64,000 bases of DNA from Candidatus Marinacidobacterales bacterium (GTDB lineage Bacteria > Acidobacteriota > Vicinamibacteria > Marinacidobacterales > DATDRI01). Location of the stretch: contig OZ245365.1 in the NCBI GenBank assembly GCA_965226495.1, forward strand, positions 5,984,001-6,048,000, in the 5' to 3' direction. The position numbers and the translations under genes were made by a program. Positions 59,023 through 64,000 of this stretch are shown here, one piece after another. The notes beneath the pieces were generated by a model that saw nothing but the letters and a program-made list of their open reading frames with translations, was not told the origin of the DNA and did not search any database. Within the stretch, counting starts at the first letter, position 1; each line of letters starts with the position of its first letter.

Positions 59023-61677
59023 TCAAAAATTCTCGAGCAACCAAACGTTACTGTCGAAGATCATGGCCATGAAAGCCAAATGGCGCCCGTCCGGGGATGC
59101 GAAGACCCATGCGTCCCACTCGTTGGGCTCGTCACGCAGAACCTCGACGTTACCCTCGAAATCGATCCACAGGAGCGAGCCCTGAGCCCACGTGGGCCCT
59201 CTGGGGGAGAAGCCGTTGATGAACAGCCCCCCTCCGTCTACTGCCCACGAAACCGCATCGATCCATGTCCACCCATCGACGACGATCTCACTGCTCTCCC
59301 CGCCATCCAATGGCACGATCTGAACGCGGTCGTTGGAGGTAACGACCGCAACGTGTGAGCCGTCCGGCGAAAGATCCCAGTTTGCGTAAAAAGACGGGTC
59401 GTAGACGGCTCGCGCCAGCTCCTTACCCTTTCCTCTAAAGGGGTCCAGGGCGCTGAAGGTGATCTGGCCATCGTTTTCCTCACTCACGACGCAGGCTCCA
59501 CCCGAGGTGTGGATACAGCGAAACTGCCGCCTGGCCGTGGCTTGATCCAAGACGATCTCCGGCGGACCCCCTGAAGCGGGGACTCGCTGTAAGCTGCCGC
59601 CAGACCGATAGAGGATCATCGAGCCGTCTGGACTGAACTGTGCGCCCCCTTCGTTCTCGGGTCCTTGAACGACGACCTGGGCTATCGTTGCATCAACCGA
59701 TTGTTGGTAAACGTCCAGGTTGCCGGCACGATCGGACGAAAAAAGAACACTCCGGCTGTCTGACGCCCAACCAGTCGGAGAATCCGAGCGCTCATCGAGT
59801 GTCAACCGCTTTGTCGTGCCCAAGGTTTTTCCGTCTTCGGTAAGCTCGGCGATGTAGACGTCAACTTGGTTTCGCTGCCGCAAAAAAGATAGGCGTTTCC
59901 CGTCGGCTGTAACCCGAAGATCGCGAAAGTTGACCCCCACGAGGTTGGTGATGCGAGTAGGTGTACCGACTGCTCGACCTTGGCCCTTATCGATTTTGAA
60001 TTTCCAAAGGTTCGAGTAGCCATGGTTCGGAGGCGGCTCACGGACAGCACAGATGAGTTGGTCATCGGGTGTCCATACGAAAGGGAGAACACCGCGCCAG
60101 AATTGCCACAGCCTTGCATCGGACGAGACCATCGTCGTTTTTTCGCCTTCGAGCTCATAGCTTTCGATGTACGACTCGAAGCCTTCGACCCTGAGCGCTC
60201 CGTAGAGTACCCGCTGACCGTCGGGGGTCCATGCCGCCTGCCAGAAGTTCCGATCTTTTCCTGAGGCGATGATCTTGGCATTCGAGCCGTTGGCATCCAT
60301 GAGCCAGACTTCGTGAGACGGTGGGGGGGAGGCGTTCAAGTATACGATTCGAGAGCCATCCGGAGAGACGGAGCCCCTCCACCCGTTGTCCCGAAGCTTT
60401 CGCGGCGCGCCTCCCAAGATGGAAATCGCGTACAAACTGACTTGTTCACCAGACTCCGACGGACCGGTGGCCAAAAGCTTTGTCCCATCGGGAAACCAAG
60501 AGACTTCCCAAAAGTGTCGGCCCTCAGTTTCCGGCAAGAGCCGTGTCTCTCCGGTTTCCAGAACCCGCACCCAGATCCCGGTCGAGTCGGTATACGCGAC
60601 GTAGGTGCCATCGGCTGAAATCGCCGCTCCGCTCACCATGTCCTCGACGGGATTTGCGGTGAGCTGCTGCAGACTCGCGTCGATTGTCGGCGCAGTGTGG
60701 CTGAATACGATCCACCCTATTCCCAATCCGATGAGTACGGCGAGAAGCAGCGCCATCACCAGGCCAGAACGTGGAAGCGACCGGGGAGACGCGCCCGCCG
60801 GTGCGGCACTCTCAGGCGATGCGCTCAGTGCGTCTTCGATCTCGATCCGCGCGTCCGCAATATCGTGCTGCCGCCGCTCCGGATCCTTCCGGAGACACCG
60901 ACGGAGCAGGCTGCGGACCGCAGACGGTGTCTCCTCCGGCAACGCCTGCCAGTCCGGATCCTGTTTGAGGATCGAGACGATCGTGTCCGACACGGTCTCG
61001 CCTGAAAACGCCACCCGCGCGGTCAGCGCTTCGTAGAGCACGCACCCAAACGCCCAGATATCGGTTCTCTTGTCGACCGGTTTGCCGCGAGCCTGCTCCG
61101 GGCTCATGTAAGGCGCTGTTCCCAAGATGACACCGGTTTCTGTACCCTCTCGAGTGAGGGTCGGGGACTGGCTGAGATCCACCGAGGTGGGCTCTCCGGC
61201 CATCGCTTTCCCCAGACCAAAGTCGAGGACTTTGACCTTTCCCTCGGGAGTGACTTTGATGTTGGCCGGCTTGAGATCACGGTGGACAATGCCCTTCTCG
61301 TGCGCAGCTTCGAGCCCAGCCGCGATCTGAGTGAAGAAGGGGAGTGCTTCGTCGAGAGGGATCGAACCCCGTCGCAGCCGGTCGGCCAGCGTCTCCCCGG
61401 GAACGAGCTCCATCGCGAGAAACGGGACGCCGTCCTCTTTTTCCAGTCCATAGAGGGTGGCGACGTTAGTGTGATTCAGCGACGCGAGAAGCCGGGCTTC
61501 CCGCTCGAAACGTGCGAGCTTCTCTTCATTATTAGAGAAGGCTTCCGGGAGGACCTTGATGGCGACTTCGCGGCCGAGCTTGGAGTCCCGCGCGCGGTAG
61601 ACTTCCCCCATGCCCCCCGAGCCAAGGGGTGAGAGTATTTCGTAGACACCTAACTTCGAGCCGGAAGTGAGGGGCAC
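59023..61677 (-). CDS. Hanks-type Ser/Thr kinase with TM helix and PD40/TolB-like propeller
   Basis: GSGGMGEVY, VAIK, HRDLKPAN, DFG, YMSPEQ, DIWAFG. Confidence 0.93.
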   Translation of the reverse strand: MPLTSGSKLGVYEILSPLGSGGMGEVYRARDSKLGREVAIKVLPEAFSNNEEKLARFEREARLLASLNHTNVATLYGLEKEDGVPFLAMELVPGETLADRLRRGSIPLDEALPFFTQIAAGLEAAHEKGIVHRDLKPANIKVTPEGKVKVLDFGLGKAMAGEPTSVDLSQSPTLTREGTETGVILGTAPYMSPEQARGKPVDKRTDIWAFGCVLYEALTARVAFSGETVSDTIVSILKQDPDWQALPEETPSAVRSLLRRCLRKDPERRQHDIADARIEIEDALSASPESAAPAGASPRSLPRSGLVMALLLAVLIGLGIGWIVFSHTAPTIDASLQQLTANPVEDMVSGAAISADGTYVAYTDSTGIWVRVLETGETRLLPETEGRHFWEVSWFPDGTKLLATGPSESGEQVSLYAISILGGAPRKLRDNGWRGSVSPDGSRIVYLNASPPPSHEVWLMDANGSNAKIIASGKDRNFWQAAWTPDGQRVLYGALRVEGFESYIESYELEGEKTTMVSSDARLWQFWRGVLPFVWTPDDQLICAVREPPPNHGYSNLWKFKIDKGQGRAVGTPTRITNLVGVNFRDLRVTADGKRLSFLRQRNQVDVYIAELTEDGKTLGTTKRLTLDERSDSPTGWASDSRSVLFSSDRAGNLDVYQQSVDATIAQVVVQGPENEGGAQFSPDGSMILYRSGGSLQRVPASGGPPEIVLDQATARRQFRCIHTSGGACVVSEENDGQITFSALDPFRGKGKELARAVYDPSFYANWDLSPDGSHVAVVTSNDRVQIVPLDGGESSEIVVDGWTWIDAVSWAVDGGGLFINGFSPRGPTWAQGSLLWIDFEGNVEVLRDEPNEWDAWVFASPDGRHLAFMAMIFDSNVWLLENF

Positions 61678-61775
61678 GGACAGAAAATAGTCCTGCACGG
61701 CCCGAAAAGTCAAAAGGGAGTGTTCGGTCGAGCAGGACGCCCTTCACGGCTCGGGTGATGCGGGAGGTCGCCCGG

Positions 61776-62972
61776 CTACGAGGAGTCGGCGCGGCCAGTC
61801 CGGCTCCGCCGAGAAGCATCGATCTTCTCCTGGATGAACGCGACACCAAAGACCCTCTCTGCGCTCAAAAGATTGTGCGGACGACATTGAAGGCTGAGAA
61901 ATCTCTCGTCGTGGCTGTGATGCAAAGCAAAGGGCCGCTGGTGTTCAATCTCGAGTCCCGTCCGCGAGCGACATCGGGTTCCGTCCAAAGCTCTGAATTC
62001 ACATTGGTGGCCAGCCCTCTCGTGGACGCGCTCACGAACCTCTGAAGGGATGTAGCGGGACTTCGCTTTCTCAACTTCCTCTCTCGCGAAAATCTCGTCC
62101 AGACGAGATTTTGCCCTAGGAGTCTCGCCGCTCCGCTTCGCCTCCCTCTCGAGTCGTCGTGCACGCTTTCTCTTCAGGTCCTTCTTGTCGAGCGCGGTGT
62201 CCAGGGCCTCCTCCATGATCTCGGCCATGTGTTGCAGAGGGTCCTCGACTCCGAGGACTTCCGCCAGACGCTCGAACTTGTCCTTGAACTTTCGGTTTGC
62301 CGCAAAGCGGAAGTTGTAGATCTCTGGCCTTGCCGGCTCGAGGATGCTCGGCGACGTCCGGAAAGCTAAGCCCCCGGCCCAGGCCTCCTGGAGCGGCGGC
62401 GTCTTGTCGGGTGACGTGGTTTGCACCCTCGGTGGTGAGCTCAAAGCGAATCGGTCCCTCTGTGGCCGAGAAGGCGTTCGGCGAATCGAAGGCGGGAAGA
62501 CGGGCTTGGGCCGGAGCGCGACGAGGTATTCCTCAGCCTCGCGCTTGGTCATTCCGGCGCAATCGGAAAGAAGCGTTTCGACGTTACTCTTTGCGAGAAC
62601 GGGAGCGAGAAGACCCGCCACGGTGAGACTCATCCGGTTCTCGGCGAGCGCCACGAGTATCTGAGGGAAACGTCGCGATACGTTGGCCACTTGAATCCGC
62701 AAGGCGACCGAGCCTTCGCTCAGATGCAAGCGCCTCGTGCAGTACTGGAAGAGATTCTTGTACCCACACTCGAGATAGCCCTTTCTTCTCGACATCTCCG
62801 CGATGTGAGCGATGACCAGCGCTACGTTTCGTTTCTCGGCGCGGACCAGCTTCTCAGTTGAGCGGTCGAGCTCGTCGGTGGATAGACCTTCGAGCGTTTC
62901 TAAGTACGTCTTAACTTTTTCGATCATGACCATTGCCCCCTCTTTCGACTCTTGATTCTCGAAGTATAGCAA
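61776..62972 (-). CDS. DUF222-like protein with C-terminal HNH endonuclease-like domain
   Basis: GYKNLFQYC..L.LSEG, SRYIP.EVR..V.ER...CEF...G.RC, LEIEH..PFA, CRPHN. Confidence 0.75.
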   Translation of the reverse strand: MLYFENQESKEGAMVMIEKVKTYLETLEGLSTDELDRSTEKLVRAEKRNVALVIAHIAEMSRRKGYLECGYKNLFQYCTRRLHLSEGSVALRIQVANVSRRFPQILVALAENRMSLTVAGLLAPVLAKSNVETLLSDCAGMTKREAEEYLVALRPKPVFPPSIRRTPSRPQRDRFALSSPPRVQTTSPDKTPPLQEAWAGGLAFRTSPSILEPARPEIYNFRFAANRKFKDKFERLAEVLGVEDPLQHMAEIMEEALDTALDKKDLKRKRARRLEREAKRSGETPRAKSRLDEIFAREEVEKAKSRYIPSEVRERVHERAGHQCEFRALDGTRCRSRTGLEIEHQRPFALHHSHDERFLSLQCRPHNLLSAERVFGVAFIQEKIDASRRSRTGRADSS

Positions 62973-63173
62973 CGAGTTTTTTCTGGACCGGAGCGATCGT
63001 CAGAGGGGAGCAAACGGACTGGAATGAAGAAAGTGCTCAAATCTTGAGGAAAGGATACGAGAGAGCGTCTGTGCGCTTCAGGAAGGTATTTATGCTAATG
63101 ACCCATCGTTTTTCGAAATGGTCTCACGAAACTTGTCAAGTGTTCTTTCGATCTTTTTTTTCGCTGCGTCTCA

Positions 63174-63404
63174 TCACCACTTTGCTCGCGTCAAGTGAGA
63201 AGACGTTTCCGCGGAAACGTCTTTGGGTACTTCGGTAACAGAAGGTCGCCGCCGCGAGGTGCGCGGAGAGCTTTTGGACACCGGTGTCCCGCTGGAACGC
63301 CCGCTTGCCCGTCGCCATCTCGTAAAGGATGGCGCCCAACCTCCCGCGCCGAGCGGGGAGACGATTTCGTAGGAGCCCAGCTTCGTGCCCGGCGTAGGCG
63401 ACAC
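63174..63404 (-). pseudogene. Internally deleted Ser/Thr kinase remnant
   Basis: GTKLGSYEIVSPLGAGG jumps directly (other frame) to GAILYEMATGKRAF. Confidence 0.75.
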
Positions 63405-63412
63405 GAGGAGCC

Positions 63413-64000
63413 CTACTCGGTGGGAACGCGAGCCTTTAGCTCCTCGAACCAGTTCAGGACCACGTGGAGTGTGGAAGGGTCGTCGTCACGCTGGACGGGT
63501 TTCATCATCACGAACTGTTTCCCGTCGCGAGTCACATCGTAGTAGACGAGCTCTTGAACGCTGAACGGGGCTTTTCGATAGTCTCCCTCGAACAGCGCGG
63601 TCGCTCTGCCCAGAGTGAGTGCGGATCCGGTGGTCTCGATGGGCACCGCCATCATCTTGTTGGCGTGACGGTAGAAGATCTCTCCGCCTTTGGGCGACCA
63701 CATGGGGTGGGATCCACCGTCGGACGAGATCTGCCATTTTCCTCCCGGACCAGGAAAGGCTCTGACATAAACCTCTTCTCGACCGGACTCGTTCGAGATG
63801 TACGCCAACCACCGACCATCGGGCGAGAAGATCGGTTGATATTCATTGAACGGCGTGGATAGGAAGAGCTTCTCTTCCCCGTCTTCCACTGAATAGACGC
63901 CGATGTCGAGACCGGTTTCTGGATTTACCTGTTGGAAAGCAAGAAGCTTACCGTCTGAGGACCAGGAAGTCGCGGTGGTGGGGTGCTCGCTCTGGGTTAG
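63413..64000 (-). CDS. C-terminal PD40-repeat region of a kinase-type protein; runs off the right edge
   Basis: FSPDGRWLAYISNESGREEVYV, KWQIS, VVLNWFEELK. Confidence 0.85.
   Translation of the reverse strand, partial: LTQSEHPTTATSWSSDGKLLAFQQVNPETGLDIGVYSVEDGEEKLFLSTPFNEYQPIFSPDGRWLAYISNESGREEVYVRAFPGPGGKWQISSDGGSHPMWSPKGGEIFYRHANKMMAVPIETTGSALTLGRATALFEGDYRKAPFSVQELVYYDVTRDGKQFVMMKPVQRDDDPSTLHVVLNWFEELKARVPTE

Noticed and set aside
1-64000. tRNA (including tRNA-Sec), rRNA, integron integrase or sel genes
   Set aside because: None recognised in this window, so the Sec interpretation depends on selA/selB/selC/selD elsewhere in the genome.

Overview
GC-rich bacterial window. An ADOP-type ABC permease, PD40/TolB-repeat Ser/Thr kinases, a DUF1592-type cytochrome protein and a PEP-CTERM protein suggest Acidobacteriota (inference). 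The main signal is a tightly packed + strand cluster at about 10.6-17.1 kb that the ORF track splits. Two genes there carry in-frame TGA codons exactly at catalytic positions, each followed by a bacterial SECIS-like hairpin: an AhpD/CMD-like protein (C-E-Y-U-x-x-x-H, TGA 12711-12713) and an iodothyronine deiodinase-like protein (FGSYT-U-PPF, TGA 13535-13537). Upstream sit a stand-alone 'N-terminal-to-SelD' FAD oxidoreductase and a B3/4 editing-domain protein. Downstream sit two paralogous QueG/reductive-dehalogenase-like cobalamin/Fe-S proteins. I infer a candidate selenium- and B12-dependent dehalogenation or detoxification module. A second accessory region (about 28.4-39.2 kb) is an integron-like cassette array on the minus strand with at least five attC sites, two attI-like sites and no integrase in the window. 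It carries a class D beta-lactamase, a BrnT(frameshifted)/BrnA pair and IS30/IS481 pieces abutting attC ends. Also present: an A2M-pbpC pair, ppk2, rsgA, a secreted phosphatase-kinase fusion with a stand-alone kinase-like paralog, an HNH protein, a 335-bp tandem duplication and many internally deleted gene remnants. All assignments come from motif recognition by eye; no searches were run.
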